A stretch of DNA of 64,000 nucleotides, taken from Bugula neritina. Taxonomy: Eukaryota; Animalia; Bryozoa. The notes beneath the pieces are model-generated. The model saw only the letters and a list, made by a program, of their open reading frames with translations. It searched no databases and had not been told where the DNA came from. Where the stretch lies: NCBI GenBank assembly GCA_964035545.1, contig OZ037766.1, positions 2,666,001 through 2,730,000 on the forward strand, in the 5' to 3' direction. The position numbers and the translations under genes are program-made. This document shows positions 25,601-38,251 of this stretch, one piece after another. Each line of letters starts with the position of its first letter. The stretch's first letter is position 1.

Positions 25601-26015
25601 AGTAATATTAATACTAATACTAATAGTAATACTAATAGAATAAGAATGTAATCATTCTTATTTTTGTACTTGTAATTACTAATATTATTATCTATTAGTA
25701 TTAAGTATTAATAAAATTAACTACAGTGCCACAGTGTGAGTGTCACTGACATGACCGGTGAGTGAAAGACTAAGAGACAGAGTAAGAGTTACACTCACGT
25801 CACAGTGACCGACTCCGAGTATCCGCTTGAGCCAGACTTTTATTTTTAAAATACAACTAATACTAATAATGTCCTAGTGCTATTATTAAATTAATTGAGC
25901 TGCATTGATCAGCATGCACACCAAAAGCATCTTCAGAAATTACCACAGTTACATAGTCTCCTGCAAATGCTATTATCTTACCAGTAATTCTATATGCCGA
26001 CCGGAGAGCTGCCAT
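22634..26015 (-). CDS. SUCLG1: Succinate-CoA ligase alpha subunit, mitochondrial
   Basis: Exons 26015-25982, 25085-24862, 24364-24152, 24066-23847, 23491-23418, 23202-23014, 22660-22634; motifs [57 protein letters not shown] (phospho-His); Arg/Ala-rich presequence. Confidence 0.98.
22941..23001 (-). repeat. 3 x 20-bp tandem repeat just inside the SUCLG1 intron 6 donor
   Basis: Plus strand TATTGATAGGTATTGCATAG CATTGATGGATATTATATAC CATTGATAGGTATTGTATAC, ending 12 nt from the donor at 23013. Confidence 0.75.
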
Positions 26016-27150
26016 GTTGATTATCACGTGATGTGGCAACAGCCAGTGAATTTGCATAGACACTCATCTATAGCCTGTGCACCAACAGCTATCGGTTCTC
26101 ATTTTACGAACTTGCTCTAAGTTATAGTTCTGTGAAGGGCGAGACGCAAATTTTGCGGAAGATAATCAGCTAATATAAATAATAATTAATATTATTCTGT
26201 TAGTAGAAATACAATTTAATTCTACTAATACTAATAGTAATAGTAACACTAATACTAATAGTAGTTAATGAAACTCAAACTGTCAATGAAGTGCAATTTA
26301 TATAAAATTATATTAAGTTGAATTAAGTATGTTCTAGTATTGTCAACTTGAACTTACTTTACTAACACTATGACTATCACTATGACTATGAGTTTCAGTC
26401 TATGACTAACACTAACAGTAACTCTGTCTAACTCTTAAGTGACAATAAGTCTTGATAATTGAAGTTGAACTTGAAGTTGATACTCTATCATATTCATTGA
26501 TAGTCATAGTGATAGTCAAAGCCATACTAATACTCATACTGATAGCAATTCTAATACTAATACTAATAGTAATAGTAATACTAATTGTAAAACTAAATTA
26601 GTAAATTTGTAATTCAAATTGAATTTGAAATTGTCACTAGTAGTATTACTAGTAGTAGTATTTTTCATTTTCATTTTGGTTGTTTACTGTAACTGTTGTT
26701 AAAACTAAATAAAATTGAAAGCTACAAATATAATATTACTATTAGTATTTATGTTAACAATGATATTATAATTATCATATTGCATTTGCTAATTATATTT
26801 ATAATTAACTTAAACTATCGTACTCTGCTCATCATCATCATTTTTTATAGTTATAGTCAATCACAATGACAATCATAATGTCATAGTCACACGTTAATAC
26901 TAATACTAATAGTAATAGTAATACTTGTACTAATTATAATAATATGAAAGGTATACTAATAGTAATAGTAATACTAATATTTAGTAATAAATAATAAGTA
27001 ATATTAGTAGTAATAACTTATAGTAATACTAATAGTATTACTGTAATAGTAATAGACTAATAATACTAATACTAATAGTAATAGTAATCCTTATTCTTAT
27101 AGTTATACTTGAGAGGCAATTACTAACAGTAACCGTAACTTTTTAAATAA
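25380..27150. repeat. Promoter-flanking ACTAAT/AGTAAT periodic tracts on both sides of the SUCLG1/GOLGA7 promoter
   Basis: Tracts at ~25380-25870 and ~26170-27150, interrupted by SUCLG1 exon 1 and the promoter. Confidence 0.75.
26016..26165. promoter_or_regulatory. Putative bidirectional promoter SUCLG1 / GOLGA7
   Basis: CpG-containing segment between divergent genes; palindromic E-box ATCACGTGAT at 26023-26032; YY1-like CAACATGGC overlapping the SUCLG1 ATG. Confidence 0.45.
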
Positions 27151-27949
27151 CTATCTTGCAGTTTAAGTGAGACTTGGTGTGACTGTAGTGATGAGTTAAC
27201 CCAGCCGCCCCTGTGGTGTAATTGGTTACCGGGCCTGCTAACAATTACTGTCTAACTTAGTGTTATCATTAGATTTAGTCTTAACTTAACCAGTAGGCGT
27301 AGGCCCTTAAGCTTATGCCATAATATCACTCCAAGTTTATTCAAAGGTTCAAAGCTCTTTTAACTTCAAGTCTAAAGTAAATTACTGAATGTGACACTTA
27401 AGACAATGCTTGATAATTTTTTAATAGTAAAAGCTTGCTTCCAAACTGGATGTAAGCTACAACTAGGCTTTAATTTAAGTTGATACATTTTATGTGTTTT
27501 CATATTATTTGATTGCTTGCTTTCCCATACTTTCTTATGATATAAATTTGGAAATAGGAGAAAGTCGTAGCTTTAAAAAGTGTCCAATTATATCTCAAAG
27601 CAATTTGGAGCTTATATGAACTTGCAATCTGTATTGGGAACAACATTATGTAAATTGTCCAATATTAAATATTTCAACAGGCATTAACTTTGACATCTAT
27701 AGCAGGGTTTGGAGCCTGTGTTTCAAACTTTCAAACCTCCCTGGGCTATTAATCTTTCTGTGTAACAGTTGAAACTAAGTTCCTACAAAGTCAATAACAT
27801 GTGAACTAAAATAATTGAAAACATACATGGAAAAAATGATAAAAACTAGCTTTATGGGGTACACAACTCTCAAATTGTATTTAGCTGTGGGTAGTTTAGA
27901 CAGCCTTCCTTATTATTAATTATTATTTTCAATAGACTAAAAGAAGGAA

Positions 27950-29869
27950 ATGGATGAAGTTCCGGCTGGCTGTCTCAAAGTCTTCCTGCAAAGAGATTAC
28001 AGTGAAGGCATGGCAGTCAAGTTTGAGAGGGGTTTTCCACGCGAGCTTGAAGGGAGGGTAAGGGTTTCATTTATTTTTATAATCAGCTACATCTAAGACA
28101 GCTGATGGAAGCTAACAGAACATGTTAAACTTTATTCTCAATTGATGTCTCGAGTCTGTATTACCCCCAGTCATTCTCTGCATTCAGCAAGAATTATTAA
28201 GTTTGTTAAGAGAACAATGGCATTTTGTACAATATAATATGAAAATGAGAGGCAAAATGAAGCCTTTAGCTCTAAAGTACCAAGCAGAACCTAAAACAAA
28301 CGCTTGTATGATATTCATTGAGGCTAACCAGTTCAAGTTGCTATTCTTTCAAATATTATCTCTAGTTGTTAAGTTGTAACCAGATGAATGACCTTGGAGT
28401 TGTGTGCTTCCTGAATCATTTACTCCCAACAAATTAAATACCAATTAGTTGAAGTCTGTGAGCAAAAGTTTAGCCTACAAATTTGAAATGGTTCTTTGAA
28501 ACCAAACTGACCAGCAGGAGAAGTAGTTTTGCTGGCTCCAGCAGTTACTTGTAGCATCTGTAGGACATATTTCTGCTGTTTTAACATACTTGATTAGATA
28601 TTGTATGCTGCTTTGTATGTCTTGAAATAATTGTTGCCAATGTAAATATGCATTTTTGAAGCTACCCAAGTCTATTAATATTGGTAGACAATGTTGGTTA
28701 CAATCAGTATAATTATTTCTATATTGTTAAAAAAATGGAATTTGATTAGAATAAATAAGTATAATCGTGTCTAAACTCTAATAGATGCATTATGCAATGG
28801 TGGAGGATTTATTTTAGCCCTGTTTGTGTCCTATACTGTTGAATATAGGTTTTCAATCTTTGACATATTTTGTTGATTAAAATCAGCAAATCCATAGCTT
28901 TCTAATTAGACTGTAGACTATTGCTGGATAGAAGAACATTTTCAACATTGATCTGTTTGCAATGTCAGCATACCTGTGTTCACAGATTCTTAGAGAACAA
29001 TTTGAGCAAACTATTGATCATATCAACAGCCTATACAAACAGGCTGAGGACCTAACATGTGCCTCATGTTGTGAAGGGTGCTTTGCCTGCCTCACCTCAT
29101 ATATCTTCCTATGCTGCATGAAGACGCACTACGAAAAGGTTAGTAGCAATACTAGCTAATTGTAATAGTGTTGATAGTTTTGTGCTTTTTATGATGCTAA
29201 TTAAAACTTTCCCGTAATCAAATCACGCAAGTTTTATAATAAAAAACACTATAATAAACCAGCCTTCCCACCATGACCATTGTACAATGTAGGTAACTAG
29301 TAATTTGTTACGGACCAAGACACCACCTCTCCACGCATTTTCTTTTTATCAAGCAAACAACCCATTATACGCTATTATAACTCATTATTCATTGTAACTG
29401 CGCAATTTATCACTGGCTTTGTTGTTAGATCTATTTCTGTTTAACGGCTCCTAATTCATCGAAGCCATGATAGTATAGTGGTTAGTACTTCGCGTTGTGG
29501 CCGCGAAAACCCAGGTTCGAATCCTGGTCATGGCATTTTTGTTTTCGCATGGTTTTTTTTTCTAATAATTTTTTCACTCAACATTATTGAAAATTTAATT
29601 CAATTATTGTATAACATAACCTATTTTATGTTTGCAACCTGTTGTGATCTGCTTTTTGTCATTTATTGCACCTAATAATTTTTACAGTCATTATTTATAT
29701 TTTATATTAGAAAACTAAAGAAGCCAGGGATTATATTGATGAACAAAATGACACTATATACAGACCCAAAAATTTATATATAGTGGATCCCATGCTAAGA
29801 GGCCTGAGAGTCATAGAGATTATACTATTGAATACTGGGTCTGCCCAACCTGGCACCCTCTCTATTTGA
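27950..29869 (+). CDS. GOLGA7: Golgin subfamily A member 7 (GCP16/Erf4 family, DHHC9 cofactor)
   Basis: Exons 27950-28057, 28986-29138, 29711-29869: KVFLQRDYSEGMAVKFERGFPRELEGR..QFEQTIDHINSLY..AE..EGCFACLTSY..THYEK..YIDEQN..YRP..DPMLRGLRVIEI. Confidence 0.95.
29464..29535 (+). tRNA. tRNA-His (GTG) in GOLGA7 intron 2
   Basis: GCCATGATAGTATAGTGGTTAGTACTTCGCGTTGTGGCCGCGAAAACCCAGGTTCGAATCCTGGTCATGGCA: acceptor GCCATGA/TCATGGC, anticodon stem TCGCG/CGCGA around GTG, T-arm CCAGG/CCTGG. Confidence 0.96.
29536..29545 (+). terminator. Pol III oligo-T terminator of tRNA-His
   Basis: TTTTTGTTTT directly after the discriminator base. Confidence 0.75.
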
Positions 29870-31128
29870 TCCGCATCTGGAAACTCTATTTATCCCAATT
29901 CATCAGGCAGTAATTATTAGCCTTCTGCTAATGAAAAATATTATTTATTTTTACTGCACATTGCATCTATTCAACAATTCTTACAAATTTATTTAACGAT
30001 CGTTGTGGCATCTATTTGTTGAAAAAAACTGCTGTTTAAAATGTTAAGAGAAGGCTACTACTGTTTTGTAAATTTCCTTTGAGACATGTTTTGTTGTGTT
30101 TAGAACCTATAGCAATTTTTAGCTCTTTAAAACAAGTGTAAATATGCTATAATTTTATGTATTGTACGTTATTATAGTAATCTCTCATCTAAATGAAATC
30201 AGTGGTTAATAAACTGACTTTTTTCTATTTTTAATAATATAAAAATGGCTTCAATATACATAGTAATGTGAACCCTTCTCTCCACCCCTAAAATTCACAT
30301 AGTGATCTTTACCCCTCCACCCCTACAATATACGTAATAGTCTGCACATTTTCCACTCCTTTAAGGGCAGGCACTTTGTGACATTTTTAGAAAGTCTTAT
30401 TTCGAACAGCTAAATATTATAGCAATTACTCTTGCTATGCTTCCCATATGGCATATGATATGGTATTATTGTATACCCATTGAAAAGTAATTAATTTAAT
30501 TCTATTAAACTCAATACACTATCAACTGAATAGTAAATGACAATACCATTTACTAGCAGAGATAAAACAACTTGTACTAAGATAAGCCAATGGCTGGAAT
30601 AAATCAATAAAATTTTGTGTCTTAGACACTCCCTTACTTAAATACAAATTCATTAAATTAACCAAACAAAATTGTTTATACATCTAATAAAATAAAATTT
30701 ATTTGCATTGCACTAAAATAGAAATTATTAGTGCAATCTGTACAAAAATGGTGCCTATATTACCTAAAGAGATCAATTTCCACATATAAAATTATTTTTA
30801 AATTAAACTACAAAATTAAAATAAAGGAAAAAATGTAAATTGAAAGCTTAAAAATTATACATGATGATAAACTAATTTAATTTGTAAGAATTAAAATTAT
30901 TCAATTTGAATGTCTTGGAAGACTGCATGGTTTATAAGACATTATTGGCTATTTATGAGAAAGTATAACTAATGCGTAGTTTGCACTGTCAAAGGCCCAG
31001 AGTATTAGATAAACAACCAGTAACTTGCACTGCTCGTGATCTTTAGTATAGCTTGAGATTTTTCAAATGAGACATCAGTTTTACTGGGTAGTTTGTATAA
31101 CATCTCTTAATTTAGAGGAGCACCTCCT

Positions 31129-32496
31129 TTAAGTTCTCAGTTTACGACGCTTCTTTCGAGCTATGGCTCGCATATTCCTACCCAGATTTTTCTCATCCAA
31201 CTCCTGAAGAGTTGAAGAAGTACCACGACTCACGGACCTGACTCGACTAGTCTTCTTTTTCTTACTCCTAGACCTACCCGTCCGTTCTCTGCTGTCTATG
31301 ATTTCATCAGAAGTGATGCTAATGGACTCGCTGTTGCCGCTAGATTCTATTGGGGCTGACCAACTACGCTGATGAGCATCTTTTGCCTCACCATTATTGT
31401 TACTTTGTGTCAAAGTATTAGAAGTTTCATCATGGGTGTTTAGTTTTACTGAGTCGGAGTTATTGAGTAGTTTTGGGGACGAAGATTTACTACGTGTCGA
31501 CTTAGCTGAGGACGCCCTGCTACCAACAGGTGAAGCTAAAGTACGATTGCTTTCTCTAGTCTTTTTGCTAACTTCTACATGTGTATCTTTCTCTGAATAT
31601 TCATGCTAAAACAAAATGGTTGTAAAATCTTTGGATTCCATCACAATACATTGGAACATGTTGAAATGATTGCTTCACTTGAAAAAGAATCAAGCAACTT
31701 CCAATGCTAGAATATTTCGCTAAGACTAGTATTACTTTAAAAACTGCAACTCTGCATATATGTTGGAAAATAGCAGATCCTTGAAATTCTACAAGTTTAG
31801 GTTTAGAAAGAAATCGTGATCATTATGTGATTTCGTAACACTGACCTCCATTACTAGAGTCTTGTGGTTGACCAAATCTTGATTTGAAATCTTGTGTATC
31901 AGAGGAGTTTTACTGATGGACTCTTTTTTCTGCCGTGCTCGAACCCATCTGTCTCTTCTTCTGCATTTCAGCTTTGAATTTGTTAGAGAAAGGGAACTAA
32001 ACTCCGACATAGTTTCACTAAAGTCACTATCTCCATCCAAGTCCTCAAAGAATAGAACAATTTATTTGATAGAGATTGCTCTTTAATGTTCAAAATATGT
32101 ACAAAATACTTTCATATGCTATTATGAGTAAATTTTTTTGTACTACATTCAAGTTATAGGAGCCACTTTGACCATGCATAAGCATGTATGCAAAAAACAA
32201 TGTTTTTGTTATAAAACTTTTATCTGTTTGGGTAATTAGTAGTATTTTACCTGTAATAGTTTTTCTTCATCTACTTCTGTAATATCACCATTTAAAAGCA
32301 AAAGTTCATCAGATAAGACTGAGTGCTCAGCCAATGTTGGTACAGAAGGGGTGACATTCTTCTGTATCAAACATTTGTTCAATAGCTCAGTTTCTGTCAG
32401 ATTGAATCTGGACATTTTCAGATAATTTTCAAATAATGAGGGAAGACCACCTCTTGCACCGGGAGATGCCGAATCGACATTTTCACCTTCAGCCAT
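31129..32496 (-). CDS. Uncharacterised ~306-aa protein, acidic N-half, Ser/Lys/Arg-rich disordered C-half
   Basis: Exons 32496-32251, 32043-31846, 31605-31129 join in phase 0 without stops; basic clusters RSKKKK and RKKRRK; no family recognised. Confidence 0.75.
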
Positions 32497-34876
32497 GATT
32501 CTGCTAAGCAAGCAAATTGGAGATCAAAACTCTTAAGCAAATCGAAGTGCCTGTTGCTAAGACTCCCAGATTATAATTAAACTGTTGACCTCACACTTAT
32601 TAGCTAAGGTAGAGGTTGAAGATATGTTATTCAAACAAACATTTCATGAGAAAACTGATAAAATATTATGCTAATGCTAGTAATATATTTACACTAATAT
32701 TTTAAGCATTACCATCATCAATAGTATACAAAAATATGCCAACCATGTAAGATTTTAAAAGCTAATACATTATTTACTGACTTATTTTAATAACAAACGA
32801 ATTTTATATACATGCTGATTAATACCAGTCAAAATCATAGTGTCATTAAAAACAAGAATCAATTTTATGAAAGTATTGAAACAAAGACGTGAGAAAAGGC
32901 AAAGCAGCAAATAACATGAATACTTTTATTTATGGTTAATAGCTAGATTTTGCTAATTGAGTAATTGGTAATAATTTAAGTAGCTTTCCTTTCAGAATGT
33001 TTATATTGACGTTATACTGTGTAACCACTTTAATTCCATCAAATTGACAACAATCAATAAACAAAGAGAAGAGGTAAAAGTTAGACGTTCAGCCAGTTTG
33101 AGTTTTCAAATTAAGTTAAATTCCACTTCTAGTTCTATGCCATAGTTCTAATTATATTATAATAGATTGTCATTATGATTATGATGAAACAGTGATTAGT
33201 ATTACCCTATGTTTATAACAAAAAATATAAAAATTGCAATCTAGACAACGTGCACTTGATCTTATAGCTATAGTTATACTTACTCTAGTCCTGTAGTTAT
33301 ACACTGAAATTGTAATTGACTAATACTAATACTAATACTAATAGTAATACAGTAAGTGTAACAGTAATTCACTATGACAAAAATTTACCACAAGCATAAT
33401 CATAATGACCATACATGACAAAAAAGCTTGGGTTATTTATAATTTGTTGTTGTAGCTTGAAGCAGTCAGTTATTAACAAGCACAGTTAAAAGACGATCAC
33501 AGTGTGAGTGTATTAAATTGTCATTGTGATACTTATTAATTATTATTGTTAGTATAATATGGTGAACAGACCTGGACCGCTTCTTTTTGTTGTTAGGTAA
33601 CGTAGCGAGTCCAATGAATCTTATAGTTATATAGGAAGCACAACTCTTCTAAACAGCTACGCGTGAAAAGGTTGAAAATATTTTACGAGATGTAATATTG
33701 CACTTATTCAAGTTACATCCTAACTCCTATCCATTATAAACTATTTTAAATCATTTTCTGTTTTGATCTGAAGTTATTTTGCTTACTCTAGTTGCAGCCA
33801 AGTTGGTGCCAAATTGTGCGGGTTTCGAACAATTTTCTTATTTCAGTCACTGAGAAAGCTGTAGACATTTCGCGAGCGTTGAGCTCAATCTACGAGTGCC
33901 ATCTGATCGACCTAACCATAGACATACTCTTGTTCAAGGCTTTAGATTTTACGCCATGTTTCTATTTTCTATTTACTCCGCTTACCAGTGATTCTGCAAA
34001 CATGCACAAGCCACTGTAAATGCTTTTTCTCAAATGTGTAGATTCATCCTGTTCGTTTTCTGATCACAGAGTTAAAAAATGCAACTATGTGTTTTTAGCT
34101 GCATTCTTTATATGATTAGAGTCTAGCAACTATATAAGTTATAACCAATATAGTTAGTATGTTAACAAATCAAAATTTAGCTTTTGAATTTCTTCTATTT
34201 TTACTTAATAAAAAAGAAAACCAAGGAATTGTCAACATGTATAAAGTAGGAAAAAATCAACAAAACATTACCGAAGAAACTGTAAAAATAAAAGTACAAT
34301 ACTTTTCATAGCAAAATAAATACATTACTTTTAATGGCATGTGTTTCGCAAGTGAAATAATACAAATAGTTACATAAACTATGCTACTGCTTATTCAAAC
34401 AAAACGTCAACAAAAAAAACATTTAAAACAGGAAAATTTGCCTGAGATGATAGAATTCATTACCTTAAAAATTGTTCCATTTTATTCGAATAAAGCTCAT
34501 TGTGAAAGAAACCGCAATTTTTGGTTTATTTTACTAAAAATATGCAAGTAAAATTTTAATGAGAGTGAAAAATCTAACTGAAACCCTTTAAATGTTTCAG
34601 TAAATATATAATACTTTCAATAAAACAGGAGATGGACATGAGCAATAACGTTATTATGCTGATGTATACTAATTGGCAAATAACAAGAATTAATATCCAA
34701 GAAGGATAACTCCAGTAAACTTGTAACTTTCAGATGAAGGAAGGTAATTATTACATTATTACGACTTATAAATTACATTGTGTGTATATAATAATATTAC
34801 ATAACATTGAAGACTTGAATTATTTGAAGAATATCACAGATAAAAGAGAGATTTTATAGCTACTTATAACGAAATT

Positions 34877-37800
34877 CTAAGAGATAATAATTTTTGGTTG
34901 GTCAACATTTGAGGGGTCGATAATAGGTGGCAGATCCTTAGGTTCGTAGACAGCTGTGTGTATAAAGTAACAGGACACAGCTGAGAGTATAGCTGCTGTG
35001 ACGAGGAACATGGAGGCGGAGCCAACTAGTTGCACAATGTACCCCATGAAGGATAACAACAACACTTGGGAACAGAAGTACGACGTGTCTAGAGCCGCCA
35101 TGTCTGTTCCCAGACCTCTGGGGGTGGACGGAGAATCTCGGAAGTACACCTGTAATATATATGATATACCTGTAATATATGTGATATACCTGTAATATAT
35201 GTGATATACCTGTAATATATGTGATATATACCTGTAATATATACCTGTAATATATGTGATATACTTGTAATATATGTGATATACCTGTAATATACGTGTG
35301 ATATACTTGTAATATATGTGATATACCTGTAATATATGTGATATACCTGTAATATATGTGATATACCTGTAATATATGTGATATGCCTGTAATATATGTG
35401 TGATATACTTGTAATATATGTGATATACCTGTAATATATGTGATATACTTGTAATATATGTGATATACCTGTAATATATGTGATATACTTGTAATATATG
35501 TGTGATATATACCTGTAATATATGTGATATACCTGTAATATATGTGATATACCTGTAATAGATGTGATATACATGTAATATATGTGATATACTTGTAATA
35601 TATGTGATATACCTGTAATATATGTGATATACCTGTGATATACCTGTAATATATGTGATATAACACCTGTAATATATGTGATATAACACCTGTAATATAT
35701 ACGATATGCCTGTAATATATGTGTGATATACCTGTAATATATATGTTTCAATTTCGTTCTGAAAACCTAATCTAAATAAATTGCACTCTTTTTGCTAGGG
35801 TACTATACAACATCTAACATGGCACAATCAAGTTTCTAGCAAATTTCATTTTTAGACTCAGTGAGAGTTTAAAGAAGAGTTGATTGATTTTTGAATTATT
35901 CAGTACAACTAGAAACTGATCAGGATTTTATAGCCATTAGACGGAGACCTGATTGCATAATCTATGAGACAGTTCTGTTGATATGGGAGGTGAACAAACC
36001 TACTTGGGAAATTAAGAAACTAGCTTCAATGGACAAACTACTTTGTGCTAAACTAAGTATGAAATAGAAAATTATGATCAGACAGTAAACTTTACATAGT
36101 TATCATTCATGTGGTTATTGTTAAAGCAAGAATGTCACAAGTTTGAGTTTTCAATCAATATGCATAGCAACGACAATAAACTGGAAAACTGCATGTATAT
36201 AGTAACTAGTATATAACTATAACTAGTTCACTGCATATCATATGCAGTGAACAATACTCTATTAGCTCAGTTGGCCAATACAAAAAAGGTTTGCGGACAA
36301 TTTTGAAAACATGCTCGTAAACCCAGTACTAAAACAGGATAGCAAAATCCCAGGTACACCTGCAAGGAAATTTCTAGTACAGTGCTCCCTCCACAACTCA
36401 CTAAGCTACAGGTCCCGAAATTTCAATTTATGAGATAGTAGAATACCATATTTGACTCACGGAACTGTTAAATTCGACTATTTTGTCAGCAGGGAACACA
36501 TACATAAGCCACAAAGCCCTTCTCGTGACCTATGGAATTTTGGGAGAACTGGAATCGTGAGATATGGAGGGAGCACTGTATGAGAGGACACAGAAAACAA
36601 CTCTTAAATTTAGACCTGTGGGGGCCAGAGGCAATATACAGGTCTTTTTAAGTTCTTAGATTACATCATTTCAAAGGGGTGGGTTAGCCATGGCATACAG
36701 TTTCTAGTATTAATTAGCCATACAATATTTCACTGTTATAACGCCATTAGACTATAATGAAGCTAGGACACCACCCTGTGGATTGATGGACCATGGAGCT
36801 GGTTAGAATAACTATTAGCATACTACAGGTTACTAGTAATACGATCCAGTATTATTGATTTGGAATGCAAATATTATGTAAATACCTAATAAGCTTTTCT
36901 CAGTTACAATACAATTATAAATCACAAACCCAACAAAAACTTTTGAGAAATCTTAGAAGATAAATTGACTAACCGCTTTATCATCGTGATACATTCCAAC
37001 CAGTGAGAAAGGTATGGTAGTCATGGAAGCAAAAGCTACCCCAGTGATCATAGCCAGGATGTTGATGATGATGAGATTGTGGGAGAGGAGAATTAGGGCT
37101 ATGCAGAGAGTAAACAGGGCTAGACTGTTGAGATGAACTCTTCTCATGCCATGAATCTCCACTAACTTTTCTATAGTAAGGGCCGAAACTAAAGACATGA
37201 TGGCGTGAAGAAACAGTCCAAAACTGCCCATACGAACTCCTTCAGTATACTTCTGTCGTAGGACAGTACCAACTGCTGCACTAGGACTCCCTCCGTACAC
37301 TATTTCTCCAACGTAGTCAGTGTAAAACAGTAGGAATGCCATTACGCCGGCCCACGCAAAAAAGTTGGCGTAAACGAGGCGCCGTAAAGCGTACGGTATA
37401 GAAAACAAGTAGCGGATCCCTTCTGGCATAAACTTGAGCAGCCAATGCTGGCAAAGAGTCCTACAGCCGGAGTTTATGTTCACCGTGCTATGTTTTATTA
37501 CGTCTGCTGAAATGTTGACAAGTGATTGCATTTCTACATAACTATGATTTCTGTTAGAGGAAATATTTTGTCTCCTCCTGGTTCGAGACGCAGTCCATAA
37601 GTTAAGAATCATCAGTATGAGGAAAATAACAAACAGCATAGAGAATACGCAATATTCCTGGTCACCAAACACAGCACCTAGCCAGGTCTCCTCCCAGTTG
37701 ATGGAGAGAATAAGGTAGCCACAGCAGCTGCCCACACTGCACATGAGGGAATAGAGGCTAAACGCTCGATCTCTTATCGGCATACCTTTAGTTATGTCTT

Positions 37801-38251
37801 GTAAAAACACTTCACACGGCGTGAGCCCGGCCTGAGTGCTGAAATCTATTAGGATAACAGTGAGAGCGAGTAGATTGACGTGCATTGAGTGTTTAGATGT
37901 GACGACACTATCAGCTGCTGGCACCATGTGGTCGGCGTATGGGATGAGAACTAAGGATAACAACACAAGCAGACTTAGAGTAAACATGAACGGGATTCGC
38001 CTGCCGAACCTACTCTTACACGTGTCCATCCAACGGCCCATTATCGGTACCACTAAAAGACACAAGAATGGTCCTAGCCCTAGAACCCAGCTCATATACT
38101 GTTCCTGTACTCCAGCCTCCAGCAGCATAGGGGGCAGGTACACCAACGCAGCGCTGGATACCAGCTCTAGACCACAGACTATACAGTTTAATAGAATCAA
38201 CTCTACAACAGAGAGTGAAGGCTTCGCGGGCCCTTCAGTGTCAAGCTCCAT
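34877..38251 (-). CDS. SLC45A3: SLC45 family H+/sugar symporter, SLC45A3 (prostein)-like
   Basis: Exons 38251-36974 and 35149-34877 (~516 aa): LLNCIVCGLE..YLPPMLLEAG, D.CKSRFGRRIPF, LIDFSTQAGLTPCE, FLLFYTDYVGEIVYGG.P, YTEGVRMGSFGLFL, RGLGTDMAALD..SQV; about 12 hydrophobic segments. Confidence 0.9.
35148..35745 (-). repeat. ~20-bp minisatellite spanning the SLC45A3 last acceptor
   Basis: ~30 units of ATATCACATATATTACAG|GT on the transcribed strand; the last unit is the acceptor of the final exon. Confidence 0.96.
36378..36580. mobile_element. Tc1/mariner (pogo/Tigger-like) MITE in SLC45A3 intron
   Basis: TA + CAGTGCTCCCTCCACAACTCAC ... GTGAGATATGGAGGGAGCACTG + TA (22-bp TIR, 2 mismatches, TA TSD). 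Confidence 0.85.

Noticed and set aside
22634-26015. Possible bacterial (sucD/prpE-like) origin of SUCLG1 or ACSS3
   Set aside because: Both have multiple spliceosomal introns and mitochondrial presequences typical of native animal genes.
27205-27243. tRNA-like start GCCCCTGTGGTGTAATTGGTTA
   Set aside because: A-box-like only; no B-box, T-arm or 3' acceptor strand, so at most a fragment.
34938-35751. Long ORFs of 220-270 aa in three minus frames
   Set aside because: They are translations of the stop-free 20-bp minisatellite; only 35149-34877 has SLC45 similarity.
36226-36252. 12-bp hairpin GTTCACTGCATA-TCA-TATGCAGTGAAC
   Set aside because: Isolated short intronic palindrome, probably repeat-derived; too short to call an ncRNA.
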